Positions 27,822-37,935 of a DNA stretch of 64,000 bases are shown one piece after another (position 1 is the stretch's first letter; each line of letters opens with the position of its first letter). This DNA comes from a virus. Below the pieces are notes generated by a model. It did not search any database. It had not been told where the DNA came from and was given only the letters and a program-made list of their open reading frames with translations. The stretch lies in IMG/VR virus record IMGVR_UViG_3300045988_170943, positions 352,001-416,000 of that record, one strand, 5' to 3'. The position numbers and the translations under genes are program-made.

Positions 27822-30335
27822 CTACTTGGAGGCGCCCAACATGATCTTCTCGCCGATCTCGGTGCCGCGTGCTGACCTCTTCGCCACCTCCGGCAGGGCA
27901 ACAACCATGTGGGTCCCCGTGGTCTTGCATGCGACTGGGGCTGGTCCAGTGTAGGCGACGGAGAGGTGATCCTCACCCTTGCGGAACAACTGGGCTGCGA
28001 CTCCCTGCCCGCCGCGACCCTTCCTGGGGATGTCAGCCAGTAGGGTTTGTTTAACACTGGCCCCAGTGCTGGTAACCACCATGTTACCATCCTCATCTGG
28101 GTTACGTAGCCAGTTGAAGTGGATCACCCTATCTTCATTGCCCTTCAACTGGACACCCTTGACTCCACCGGCCTTTGACCCGGTTGGGTTCACTGCTGCG
28201 GCGTCAAACAAGAGAACATTGCCGCCACTGGTCACCATGGAGAACAGGGTACCGCCCGTATCTTGGTCAACCCACCTGGACCCAACAATCTCGTCACCGT
28301 CCTTCAGGGAGATCACAGGGAACTCGTCGAAACTGGTGGGAAAGTCGGTGCGGGCGACCTTCACCACGCCCCCCTTAGTGCCTATCGCCAGCCCCACCTC
28401 ACCATCACCTGACTGCACCTTACTGATGCCGACAACACGCACACCAGTCGGGGCCTTTACACCTAGTTTCTCCGAAGTGGTGGGTGCGTCATCGGTCAGA
28501 TAATTCACTGGGATCTTGTGGCCAGTGCCATCACTGTGAACAATCACGAAACTATCCTGACTCATCACCTGGATCTGGTCCAGGATCGGCGTATACTGTA
28601 CCTTCCTCGGGCCGTCACCATAGGTGAAGGCATCCATGGTACGGGTCAGGGTGCCATCCTGGAACAAAGTCACGTAACAAGGAGTGTTACTGGAGGCTGC
28701 TTTAATCTCCTGTCGGACTGCCTGACGGTCCTCCTTGAACTGGTCTTTCGTGATCCCGTTGATGACGGTACGCCTGGGGCTGCTGATGATTTTCTTCACC
28801 GCCACCAGGTCGGCCTCCACCACCCGATCCAATTCGGCCGGGTCTTCAAGGATCTGCTCCATGCGTGCCCGCTCCTTCACAAGGTCGCTCTTCTCTCGCT
28901 GGATGGCAATAGAGTCCGACCGTGTGAGCCGCCTAAGCCTCATCGACAGAATGAAATCAGCCTGACCAGCGTCAATGCGGAACGCCTTCATCAACTTACG
29001 TCTGGCTACATCCGTGTCCTTCGACTCACGAATGATGGCGACGGCCTTGTCAATGTCGATCAGGACTGCGAGGATGCCGTCAAGGCGGTGCAGGCGGGCG
29101 TCAATCTGGGTGATTCGGTGGCGGCTTCTCGCAGCAGTGCAGTCACGACGGAGATCCACAAAGTTCCGCAGCATTTCTAGGACACTGATACGCTGCGGGA
29201 CGGACTGGTTGATGACTGTGCAGTTCACGGAGAACGACGTCTGAAGGTCCGTCTCATTGAACAGTTCGTTTAACAGGGCCTTGTAGTTGCCCCCCTTCGT
29301 GGTAGTAACAACGAACCTGAGACCGTGACGTTTATCGGACAGATCCTTCGCCTCAGACAGGTTCCTGGCGACCACTGGGTTCGCTTTCGTCGTCTCCTTG
29401 TGTTTCTTCCCGTTCCGGGTGACCTCCCGCACCCTGTCAACCCGAATCTGGTTGATCTTTTCCAGCACGGACTCCGCAGACACCATGTAAGGCAACTCAA
29501 AGAAACTGATCTCGGTGCGTCCTCTGGGTAGTTGCTCCACCTTGTAACGGGCACGCGTCAGGAACGACCCCCTGCCCGTGGTGTAGTAGTCGCGTATCCC
29601 GTCCACACCGATCACTTCACCACCAGTGGGCAGATCCGGGCCGGGCATGATCTTCATGAGTTCATCCACCCCCAGGTCCGGGTTATGTAGAGTGGCGATA
29701 GCGGCATCGATTACCTCGTCAGGGTTATGGGCCGGGATCTTGGACGCGAAACCCACAGCAATACCAACAGTGCCGTTCACCAGGTCGTTCGGCCACCTGA
29801 CAGGAAGAATCTTCGGGATCTGCTCAGTGCCATCATAGTTGGGGATCATCTCGACAGCCCCCTCCCCGGCCTCCTTGAGAAGTTCCATCGCCGCCTTCGT
29901 GAGCCTGGCCTCCCAGTACCGGGGTGCGGCAGGCTGGTCCCCATAGGTGTGGCCCACGGACCCGGATTTGTCGATCAGGGGCACCCTCAATGAGAATGTC
30001 TGCGCCATACGCGCCAAGGCGTCCGAGATAGAGGAGTCACCATGCGGGTGGAACCGGCCCATGGTACTGCCCACGATCCTAGATGCCTTCGTGAACCCTG
30101 ACGTGGGCAGGTTGTTGTTCGTGAACATGTCCCACAGGATACGCCGGTTCACTGGCTTCAGGCCGTCCGCCTCCAGTAGGGCGCGGTGGAACACGGCGTA
30201 CTGGCCGTAAACAATGTACTCGCTCTTCAGCCACCTGTGCGCCGGAGTACGGTTGATCTGTGCGGCGATCTTGTCAATGACAGCGGGGTTGATCATACTA
30301 CCTTGGCCTTCTTCACCGTTGTTAGAATTGGTCAT
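27822..30335 (-). CDS. gyrA: type II topoisomerase A subunit (GyrA/ParC-like) with C-terminal beta-pinwheel
   Basis: RILWDM, SRIVGSTMGRFHPHGDSSISDALARMAQTFSLRVPLID and the active-site Tyr in AAPRYWEARL. Start uncertain (30296, 30335 or 30404). No GyrB partner within the window. Confidence 0.75.
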   Translation of the reverse strand: MTNSNNGEEGQGSMINPAVIDKIAAQINRTPAHRWLKSEYIVYGQYAVFHRALLEADGLKPVNRRILWDMFTNNNLPTSGFTKASRIVGSTMGRFHPHGDSSISDALARMAQTFSLRVPLIDKSGSVGHTYGDQPAAPRYWEARLTKAAMELLKEAGEGAVEMIPNYDGTEQIPKILPVRWPNDLVNGTVGIAVGFASKIPAHNPDEVIDAAIATLHNPDLGVDELMKIMPGPDLPTGGEVIGVDGIRDYYTTGRGSFLTRARYKVEQLPRGRTEISFFELPYMVSAESVLEKINQIRVDRVREVTRNGKKHKETTKANPVVARNLSEAKDLSDKRHGLRFVVTTTKGGNYKALLNELFNETDLQTSFSVNCTVINQSVPQRISVLEMLRNFVDLRRDCTAARSRHRITQIDARLHRLDGILAVLIDIDKAVAIIRESKDTDVARRKLMKAFRIDAGQADFILSMRLRRLTRSDSIAIQREKSDLVKERARMEQILEDPAELDRVVEADLVAVKKIISSPRRTVINGITKDQFKEDRQAVRQEIKAASSNTPCYVTLFQDGTLTRTMDAFTYGDGPRKVQYTPILDQIQVMSQDSFVIVHSDGTGHKIPVNYLTDDAPTTSEKLGVKAPTGVRVVGISKVQSGDGEVGLAIGTKGGVVKVARTDFPTSFDEFPVISLKDGDEIVGSRWVDQDTGGTLFSMVTSGGNVLLFDAAAVNPTGSKAGGVKGVQLKGNEDRVIHFNWLRNPDEDGNMVVTSTGASVKQTLLADIPRKGRGGQGVAAQLFRKGEDHLSVAYTGPAPVACKTTGTHMVVALPEVAKRSARGTEIGEKIMLGASK

Positions 30336-30384
30336 AGGATACATTACCCTATGACCAATTCTCTTATCTGGTGGGGCGGTAGTA

Positions 30385-30894
30385 GTGACATACCACATCA
30401 ACAACGATCACGAGGTAGGCGAGTGCAGTGCAAAGAACCTTACTGACTGCCCGTTCTACAACCCTGTCCTGGGGGACGCGAACCACTATACGACCGAAGA
30501 GCAAGCCAATGAGGCCGCTGAACTTCTCCGCGCCGGGAAGTACCCCATGTTCAGCATCCAGAGCACAAGGTCCATCAAGAACCAGGACAAGATCCTGAAC
30601 ACACTTAACACCCTTAATATTGTACTTAAAGACGGGAAGATGTCGCTCGTCACCAGTGAAACCGACATCATCAGCAAGTGGTTCAATGGCAACAGCGAGA
30701 ACTACAGGAGATTCCTCAACATGAGCAACAGCAGTGACCTTAAGCCCATTGCGCAACGGGATATCGCCAAGATGCTCACCAGCGGCCTGAATGTTCGTAT
30801 CGTAGACAGCCTGGACGAGGCAGAAGATACTAAGGATGGGGAAAGTGACGTGGTTCTTCTGTCCGAGAAGACGGCAGGTATGAGCATCACCTGA
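30385..30894 (+). CDS. hypothetical protein, locally lower-GC gene
   Basis: 169-aa ORF with Asn/Lys/Ile-rich composition, visibly more AT-rich than its neighbours. Confidence 0.35.
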   Translation: MTYHINNDHEVGECSAKNLTDCPFYNPVLGDANHYTTEEQANEAAELLRAGKYPMFSIQSTRSIKNQDKILNTLNTLNIVLKDGKMSLVTSETDIISKWFNGNSENYRRFLNMSNSSDLKPIAQRDIAKMLTSGLNVRIVDSLDEAEDTKDGESDVVLLSEKTAGMSIT

Positions 30895-30953
30895 CATCCT
30901 CCCGCACACAAAACCCCTAGATGATCCTGTGTGTGGGAGGTAGAATAGGGGCC

Positions 30954-32348
30954 ATGAGTAACGGACCCAAGTATGTGTGCACAGTCTGCGGCCGAGGATA
31001 CCCGAAACAACCCATTGGAGGGTGTCGCCAGTGCGGAGGGGAAGACACTGTACATCTCGCATCAGAGATGAACACCCAGGAGAAGGCTAAGTCCGGCAGG
31101 TCTGGGCTCAAGTCTTCCGCTGCCGTCAAACCCACCAGCAGAGCACAGACACTCACCAGCATACGGGCAACACCTGTAGACCGGATCGTGACCGGTATCA
31201 GCGAACTCGACCGGGTACTGGGCGGCGGGTTCGTGGAGGGTGAGGTTATTCTCTTGTCTGGCGCACCAGGAGCAGGCAAGTCCACCCTCACTCTCAGGGT
31301 TGCAGACATGCTCGCCAACCAAGGGATGCGGGTACTGTACACCTCCGGTGAGGAATCAGAGCAGCAGATCGGGCTACGTGCCACCCGCATGAACGTCACC
31401 TCCGACCAGATCAGGGTCGTCTCGGAGACGAACCTGGAGACAGTACTGGGACACATTGAGGTTGAGGACCCTGACGTCCTTATTATTGACTCACTACAAA
31501 CTGTTGCCAGTTCTGAGATCAGTGGCTCAGTTGGCTCCGTCCAGCAGTCCAAGGAAGCCGCCCACACGCTCACCCGCGTCGCCAAGCAGAAAAGCATCAT
31601 CGCCATACTCATCTCCCAGGTCGTGAAATCAGGCGATTTCAGTGGTTCTGAGTCCATCCAGCATATTGTTGACGCCACCATCATGCTGGAGTCCAGCCCA
31701 GACACACCCTTGAAGTTCCTCAGGGCTACTAAGAACCGGTTCGGAGACACCACAGAGGTAGGCGTGTTCCAGCACTCTGAGACCGGCCTGGAAGAAGTCA
31801 AGGACCCATCCGGCGTCCTCATGGGCGATCAAGATGAGAAGATCGTGTCCGGCACATCCCTCACATTCACCAGTGAAGGTATACGGCAGATCCCTGTCGA
31901 GGTGCAGGCACTCGTCTCCAACTCTAACCTGCCCACGCCAAGACGCCAGTTCAACGGTATTCAGTTCAACCGGGGCCAGATCGTGTGCGCGATCCTTGAC
32001 AAGTTCTGCCGGGCAGGCTTGTACGACCGTGATGTCTTCATCAACACGGTCAGCGGCATCAAGGTCAACGACCCATTGGCTGATCTGTCGATAGCGGCAG
32101 CCGTCCTGTCCTCCATTCACGGCACCGTCCTGGGGGAGAGGGTCGCTTTCGTTGGGGAGCTTTCCCTCACTGGTCAGGTCAGGGGTACCCACATGATCGA
32201 GGCGAAAGTTCGAGAGGCCGCACGCATGGGATTTGACACTGTTGTTATCCCGAAGACGGCAGCCAAGACGATACGACACAAAGGCATCAAAATCCGGGGC
32301 GTGTCACTTGTCTACGAAATCCAGGAAATGTTCAAGAGACAGAGGTAA
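30954..32348 (+). CDS. radA: RadA/Sms DNA repair protein (zinc finger, RecA-like ATPase, Lon-like C-terminal domain)
   Basis: YVCTVCG...CRQCG; Walker A GAPGAGKSTL; KNRFG motif; C-terminal Lon-protease-like region. Confidence 0.8.
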   Translation: MSNGPKYVCTVCGRGYPKQPIGGCRQCGGEDTVHLASEMNTQEKAKSGRSGLKSSAAVKPTSRAQTLTSIRATPVDRIVTGISELDRVLGGGFVEGEVILLSGAPGAGKSTLTLRVADMLANQGMRVLYTSGEESEQQIGLRATRMNVTSDQIRVVSETNLETVLGHIEVEDPDVLIIDSLQTVASSEISGSVGSVQQSKEAAHTLTRVAKQKSIIAILISQVVKSGDFSGSESIQHIVDATIMLESSPDTPLKFLRATKNRFGDTTEVGVFQHSETGLEEVKDPSGVLMGDQDEKIVSGTSLTFTSEGIRQIPVEVQALVSNSNLPTPRRQFNGIQFNRGQIVCAILDKFCRAGLYDRDVFINTVSGIKVNDPLADLSIAAAVLSSIHGTVLGERVAFVGELSLTGQVRGTHMIEAKVREAARMGFDTVVIPKTAAKTIRHKGIKIRGVSLVYEIQEMFKRQR

Positions 32349-32423
32349 CAAAACAGCGGACGGCAAGATATTCCCGACTCAACCACCCACAGGTTCTTTT
32401 CTACCACGGAGAGGCACAGGCAC

Positions 32424-33149
32424 ATGGCTACACCAACAGGACACAATGAGCCAGGCCGCCCACCAGCGAACAGGGTACGCCCCAGGATAAACGCTCCTCA
32501 GTCGGCGGGCGTGCCACTCATACGCCCTCGCCCAGTATCCATCGGAGGCAACCTCAGGCCCTCAGATGGAGTGCCTGCCCGCACACAAGTCCCACAACGC
32601 GAATCTGCACCCAACCATACTCCAGCCGTGCGGCCTCCACAAGCCGGAGACCAGCCACACGTACCCGTTGCACCTCGGGAACGTGCCCGCCGCAACCCCC
32701 GGCAAGAGCAAGCACCACAACATCCCAGGCCACGGAGATCAGTCAGTACCCCACCACGTAAGATACAGGAGCCCCACCAGCAGGCCGAAGATGACAGGTG
32801 GGTCGTTGACAAGAAGACCGGTGTCAAATACAAGGCTATGCACCAGACCACGGCAGCCGAGTTGAAGGATATGAAACGCGCCCTCAGGAACGGGATCCAC
32901 GGCGTCTCAGATGCAGACATTCTCCCGCGCGAGGAAGAGTTCGAGGGTATTGACGCCTTCAGCGGTAGCGGCATGGACAAGGCGGCCAAGACACTCCTGG
33001 CCCACCTTCAGGTTCCCCCAAGCCAGGAGGAGATAGAGCGTATGCGCAAGGAGTACGCAGCCAGACAGAAGAAGGCCGCAGAGGAGTACAAGGATATACA
33101 GGGGCAGATCACCAAGACCCGTGGCGACGACGAGACCACGTACTTCTAA
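32424..33149 (+). CDS. hypothetical protein with Pro-rich N-terminus
   Basis: 241-aa ORF. No motifs recognised. Confidence 0.3.
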   Translation: MATPTGHNEPGRPPANRVRPRINAPQSAGVPLIRPRPVSIGGNLRPSDGVPARTQVPQRESAPNHTPAVRPPQAGDQPHVPVAPRERARRNPRQEQAPQHPRPRRSVSTPPRKIQEPHQQAEDDRWVVDKKTGVKYKAMHQTTAAELKDMKRALRNGIHGVSDADILPREEEFEGIDAFSGSGMDKAAKTLLAHLQVPPSQEEIERMRKEYAARQKKAAEEYKDIQGQITKTRGDDETTYF

Positions 33150-33250
33150 ACCTCCCCCAGGTATAGAAACAAACCAAAGACCACTAAACACTACCACAGG
33201 GCACTCGGCGACACTTTGCGCCCTGAAACAAGACAACGGGAGATAAACCA

Positions 33251-33445
33251 GTGCTAAAGTTCATTGGCAAGATGTTCATAGGTGGAATCATCATTGGTGT
33301 TCTCCTAGCCATCCTCAGTTTCTTCGACTATAACCCACTCGCCCTCCTCGGCTGGATCTGGAACAGCATCATCGTGCCGTTCGTCACATGGGTCGCTAAC
33401 CTGACCCGCAACACAGACTGGATTCGTGAGATCTTCCAGAGATAG
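33251..33445 (+). CDS. small membrane protein
   Basis: 64 aa with two hydrophobic helices. GTG start. Confidence 0.3.
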   Translation: MLKFIGKMFIGGIIIGVLLAILSFFDYNPLALLGWIWNSIIVPFVTWVANLTRNTDWIREIFQR

Positions 33446-33593
33446 AGCACCCTAACCACAACCCCTGTACGCATCCGCCTTTCGGCCTGTTCTCAACGAT
33501 CTTCTGAGGGCAGGCCGACATGCTTCATGATAGAATATGTGCGAGAGCAAGAACATCAAGGGCAGCAAGCCCACGCGCACCGAGGAGCCGCAC

Positions 33594-34568
33594 ATGAGCG
33601 ACCAACTCTTCACCAAAGCCCCCTTCATCAGCCATGACGGCCCGGACGCCCAAGGGGTGCGGGCGGAGGTCAAAGTATATACTGGGCACTCAACCATCAA
33701 GGAGTTCGAGGACGGGGAGAAGAGTCTCAAGATCAGTTTCCTGAACCCGAAGTCCAAGTACCTGACTAACGGGTACCTGTGGAAGCGAGACGAGAAACTA
33801 GTCGAGATATTTCAGCGGGCACAGCAAGATGAGACCCCGCTGTGGTTCCGTATCGAGCAGCCAAGGAAGGACGGAATTGACCGGTCTACCCCTATCTCCG
33901 AACTTCTCCCGCCAGGAGACACTAAGGCCGCCCGCGATAACTCTCACCGTCGTGTCGCCGCACTGAAGATCAACGAGGGTGACGAATGGACGTTCAGTTC
34001 TATGGCTCTAACAAACCCGGCCGAAGATCCAGTGGTGGACGGAGTATACAGTGCTCTGAACTACACACCCCCTGCCTCAACTTCCGCTCCAGCAGCCAGC
34101 GACCGGTATGCGTCACAACGTCTTGAGAACCCCCCATATATGACGCTCAACCCGGACGGTACGATCAACCCTGGCGGCCCGCTCGTTGCGTCACTACTGA
34201 GTCTCGCTAACTTCTTGTTCGAGTGGAACCGCGATCATGACGACATATCCTTAAACGAGGGTCAGGTCCGGTATTTGTCCTGCAAGATGCTTGAAATTGC
34301 GAATAGATTGCAACTGATGATCTACCGTGGCGCGATGGTCAAGCCAGACTACTCAATCGGATCCCACACGCGCGCTAAAGCAGCCATTTACGACACAATC
34401 CGTAACTACCATCCGATCACAGCAGAGTCCCTGAAAAGCAAGGATTCGGTTGCTGAGTGGCTACAAAATGTTGAGGAAACAGCAGGAGAATGTTTCGTCT
34501 GGGCTATGAGTATGGCTGAGACGTTCCACCCCAACGCCAGCCATAGCGAAAGCCGCAGCGAGTTGTAA
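33594..34568 (+). CDS. hypothetical protein
   Basis: Start placed at MSDQLFTK, which has a strong RBS gaggag. The ORF track extends to 33537. Confidence 0.45.
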   Translation: MSDQLFTKAPFISHDGPDAQGVRAEVKVYTGHSTIKEFEDGEKSLKISFLNPKSKYLTNGYLWKRDEKLVEIFQRAQQDETPLWFRIEQPRKDGIDRSTPISELLPPGDTKAARDNSHRRVAALKINEGDEWTFSSMALTNPAEDPVVDGVYSALNYTPPASTSAPAASDRYASQRLENPPYMTLNPDGTINPGGPLVASLLSLANFLFEWNRDHDDISLNEGQVRYLSCKMLEIANRLQLMIYRGAMVKPDYSIGSHTRAKAAIYDTIRNYHPITAESLKSKDSVAEWLQNVEETAGECFVWAMSMAETFHPNASHSESRSEL

Positions 34569-34584
34569 ACGTTATCAACTCGGG

Positions 34585-34630
34585 GCGCCCCAGAAAGTTT
34601 TATCGGACTTTCTGGGGCGCTCTTAGTTTT
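34585..34630 (+). terminator. rho-independent terminator
   Basis: 14-bp stem gcgccccagaaagt/actttctggggcgc, followed by tcttagtttt. Confidence 0.6.
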
Positions 34631-34724
34631 GCCGTAAAACGCCCGATATTGGCAGGCGACTTTACTGGCACAACTGATGACGATATAGAAAACCGCGGCA
34701 TCAGAACGTTTCTAGGTGATGTAA

Positions 34725-35027
34725 ATGACATTCGTTGACAACATTCGTACCGTCTTCTCTGCTGATGTTGCGGACGATCCAGATCGTGGTGACTTGGTTC
34801 AGACAATCATCATCACGGCAGGTTTCGCTCTTGCTGGATACCTGATGATTAGCTGGATTTCAACCGCTATCCTCAACAAGGGTGCAGACATTGCCTCCTG
34901 TATCGAGGGCTCCAGTTCGTCGGCTGGCGCTAAGGCTAACAGTGCCGCTTGCGCTAAGAACCACGCATCCGAGAAGTCGAACTCCTTCAGTAAGTCTGAC
35001 GGTTACAAGGGCCGCTACGGGAACTGA
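34725..35027 (+). CDS. small membrane protein, possible Flp/Tad-type pilin-like subunit
   Basis: 100 aa. A charged leader is followed by the hydrophobic segment DLVQTIIITAGFALAGYLMISWISTAI. It sits directly upstream of the Tad-like secretion genes. Confidence 0.3.
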   Translation: MTFVDNIRTVFSADVADDPDRGDLVQTIIITAGFALAGYLMISWISTAILNKGADIASCIEGSSSSAGAKANSAACAKNHASEKSNSFSKSDGYKGRYGN

Positions 35028-35238
35028 CCTAAGCGAACCCGAACTCATCGACTACACAAGAGGGGCACCTGGTTGGTTTTACTGCCACCAGGTGCCCCTC
35101 TTGTTGCAGCAACCTCTCAATAAACACTGTGTCAGCACACCTTCAAAGCACATTAAACAACCAGATATAGAAATAGCCCCTGGGTTTTCGCTGATATTCC
35201 GCCGGTATTCCTGATGTTTTCGCAAGTAGAGGACCGGC

Positions 35239-36147
35239 ATGAACATAGATAATCCAGTGACGCTATCTGTCCTGTTCACACTTTTTGTCGGCCTCATCGT
35301 GTATGACCGTCTCATCCCTAAATCAGGTAGACGGTTCTCTGACGGCACTGGTGACGCTTCCAGGCGCAATCCCTTCCTGAAGTTCGTCACTGCTATGGGT
35401 GACGACATCTACGCGGCCATGCCAGCCTCTCTTGACAAGGGAAGGGAACAGAGACAGTACCCCAGGATCGAGTCGCTACTGAAACGATCCGGCAACCCGT
35501 GGGGGCTGACCCCCAGGGAGTTCGTGTCACTGAAGTTCGTTGCCGGAATCCTCGGGTTTGTCATCAGTTGGCCACTATGGCTGGGACTGAACGCCATGAC
35601 CGGACTCCCATGGTGGGTCGTCGTCATTGTCGTACCAGCGTTCTGCTACATGATCCCCACCATCAAGCACACTGAACTGGCGAAGACACGAGACCTGGAG
35701 TTCAAACGACAGTTGCCAGAGGCCCTGGACCTCATCACCATTACCCTGTCCGGTGGTAGTACTCTATCCCAGGCAATCCGTGACGTCATCCCCACTATGC
35801 AGAAAGGTATCCTCAAGGGTGAGTTCATCAACATGGTGCGTATCATGGACGCTGGAGGTACACTCAAGGAGGCTCTAGACGAGTTCGCCAACCGCGCCCC
35901 CAGTGATGGGATCCTGACATTCGTGCGTTCCGTCCAGTCGGCCGCCGAGGTCAACGCGCCCATGAACGAGATTCTTGAGGCCCGAGCCGAGGCGTCTAGG
36001 CAGGAGTTCTTCGCCCTCGTGCATGAGAAGGCAGCCCAGTTGGAGTCCAAGATCTGGATCATCCTGTCGCCAACCATGCTACCGGCCCTCATCATCATCT
36101 CTGTGGCCCCGTCCGTCAACGCTATCATCGAGATGCTAGGACAGTAA
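35239..36147 (+). CDS. TadC/GspF-domain inner-membrane platform protein
   Basis: N-terminal TM, cytoplasmic GspF-like domain (LDLITITLSGGSTLSQAIRDV...), C-terminal TMs. Confidence 0.5.
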   Translation: MNIDNPVTLSVLFTLFVGLIVYDRLIPKSGRRFSDGTGDASRRNPFLKFVTAMGDDIYAAMPASLDKGREQRQYPRIESLLKRSGNPWGLTPREFVSLKFVAGILGFVISWPLWLGLNAMTGLPWWVVVIVVPAFCYMIPTIKHTELAKTRDLEFKRQLPEALDLITITLSGGSTLSQAIRDVIPTMQKGILKGEFINMVRIMDAGGTLKEALDEFANRAPSDGILTFVRSVQSAAEVNAPMNEILEARAEASRQEFFALVHEKAAQLESKIWIILSPTMLPALIIISVAPSVNAIIEMLGQ

Positions 36148-36216
36148 GACACCACGCCAACCCCACAAAGACTGCAACAACCAGCACAAGGCTACACCAC
36201 TACCACAGGAGCCCAG

Positions 36217-37935
36217 TTGTCACTCATCAGCACACCACTCACCAGCACCAGCAGGCCGGATGCTGGGCGAGCCTCCATGCCTGGCCGACAGCGCATCACC
36301 CGCCCCACAGGAATGGGCCCAAAGCCAGCATTCTTCGCCCAATCTTCAGCGGACATGGCAGACGCCAGCGACCGCATGTTCAGTGACCTCATAGCCGACG
36401 ACGAACTCACCACCAGCCACAACCCCACACAGTACACGACCGGCAACGACCCATACTCCCGCACTCTGGACGCATTTGACAACCGACGCAAGCAAATCAT
36501 CCAGGAAGACCCCTCAGGCGGCATCAAGACCTACTGGTTCATGACAACACGCGACCTCATGGACGCCCCAGCAGACTTCTTTGACAAGTATGCGCCAGCA
36601 GTCGAGGCCGGGATCACATTCGTGCGCAACCGACTCACCGACACCGGCCAGTCCGACCTCGTGAGACAGGCACAGGACCACCCCACAGACGAGAGCAAAC
36701 AGAACCAAGCATTCTACGCAGTGCACTCGCTCGCCTCCGAGTCCCTGGCGAACTCCTCCTGGAGAAACATCCACCGGTCCATCGTCATCAGCCTCATCAT
36801 CGCAGAAGTCATCGGTTTCGGTGTCCTTGACCCACTATGGCGCGACAGCACAGTCACCGAGATCATGTGCAACGGCCCCAAGGACGTGCAGGTCGAGATC
36901 GCCGGTGAGGTCTACAAGGTGCCCTGCCTGACATTCCGGGACAGCAACCACCTCAACGACCTCATTGAACGCCTGTACCGCTCCATTGGTAAAGTCCTGT
37001 CCCAGTCCACCCCTAGAGTCAAGGGGCGCCTACACGACAAGTCCAGAATGTTCGCCGTCCACACATCAGTAGCCCCCGACGGCCCGAACCTCAACATCAG
37101 GCGACACCCCGAAGGTTTCTGGACCCCTGAGGCCATGGTGCATCGCGGGGCGGCCAGCCAGGAAATGATGACCTACATTGGGAACCTCATCCACAAGGGC
37201 GCATCCTGTTTCGTCGTCGGATCCACGTCGTCCGGTAAGACATCCATGTTGAACGCCTTCACCGGGTTCTACGCACCGAACGCCAGGATCCTCACCCTTG
37301 AGGACAACCTGGAGATGAAACCCAACCCGAAAAAGTTCCTCGCTGCCGCCATGGAATGCCGTATCCCCAGCACGACAGACAGTGCGACAGCAGGAACCAG
37401 CATGCGTGACCTCGTGCACGCAGCCATGCAGATGCGACCCAACGCCATCATCGTGGGTGAGGTCACTGACAGCGCCGCCTATGACCTCTGCCAAGCCCTC
37501 AACACCGGCCACATGGGCATGAGCACGTTCCACGCTAACTCATCCCAACTATCCATCACCCGTATCTGCTCTCTCGTATCCCAGTCCGGCCTAACCACCA
37601 TCGAGGGAGCCACAGACCTCGTTGCGGCCGCCTTCGACTTCATCGTCAACGTCCGCCACTTCCCTGTGGACGGCTCCCGCCGCATCGTATCCGTCGATGA
37701 GGTCGGTATGGAACCCATCGAGATCAACGGCCGCCTCACCCTCCCAGTACGCCAGTTGTGGAGGTTCGTTGACGAAGGCACCAACCACGAAGGGAAAGTC
37801 ACAGGCCACTGGGAGCAGGTTGGAGACATCTCCCCTGAGCGCAGACACGCGAAGATGCTTGACCTGGAACGGGACCTGACATGGCCACAGTTGAAGGACC
37901 TGAGCAGCCTACCTGAAGGAGCACTAGAAGCATGA
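36217..37935 (+). CDS. CpaF/TadA-type secretion ATPase (VirB11/GspE superfamily)
   Basis: Walker A GSTSSGKTS, ILTLEDNLEM, an Asp box, a His box (TGHMGMSTFHANS) and IIVGEV. TTG start with RBS aggag. Gln/Pro-rich N-terminal extension. Confidence 0.7.
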   Translation: MSLISTPLTSTSRPDAGRASMPGRQRITRPTGMGPKPAFFAQSSADMADASDRMFSDLIADDELTTSHNPTQYTTGNDPYSRTLDAFDNRRKQIIQEDPSGGIKTYWFMTTRDLMDAPADFFDKYAPAVEAGITFVRNRLTDTGQSDLVRQAQDHPTDESKQNQAFYAVHSLASESLANSSWRNIHRSIVISLIIAEVIGFGVLDPLWRDSTVTEIMCNGPKDVQVEIAGEVYKVPCLTFRDSNHLNDLIERLYRSIGKVLSQSTPRVKGRLHDKSRMFAVHTSVAPDGPNLNIRRHPEGFWTPEAMVHRGAASQEMMTYIGNLIHKGASCFVVGSTSSGKTSMLNAFTGFYAPNARILTLEDNLEMKPNPKKFLAAAMECRIPSTTDSATAGTSMRDLVHAAMQMRPNAIIVGEVTDSAAYDLCQALNTGHMGMSTFHANSSQLSITRICSLVSQSGLTTIEGATDLVAAAFDFIVNVRHFPVDGSRRIVSVDEVGMEPIEINGRLTLPVRQLWRFVDEGTNHEGKVTGHWEQVGDISPERRHAKMLDLERDLTWPQLKDLSSLPEGALEA

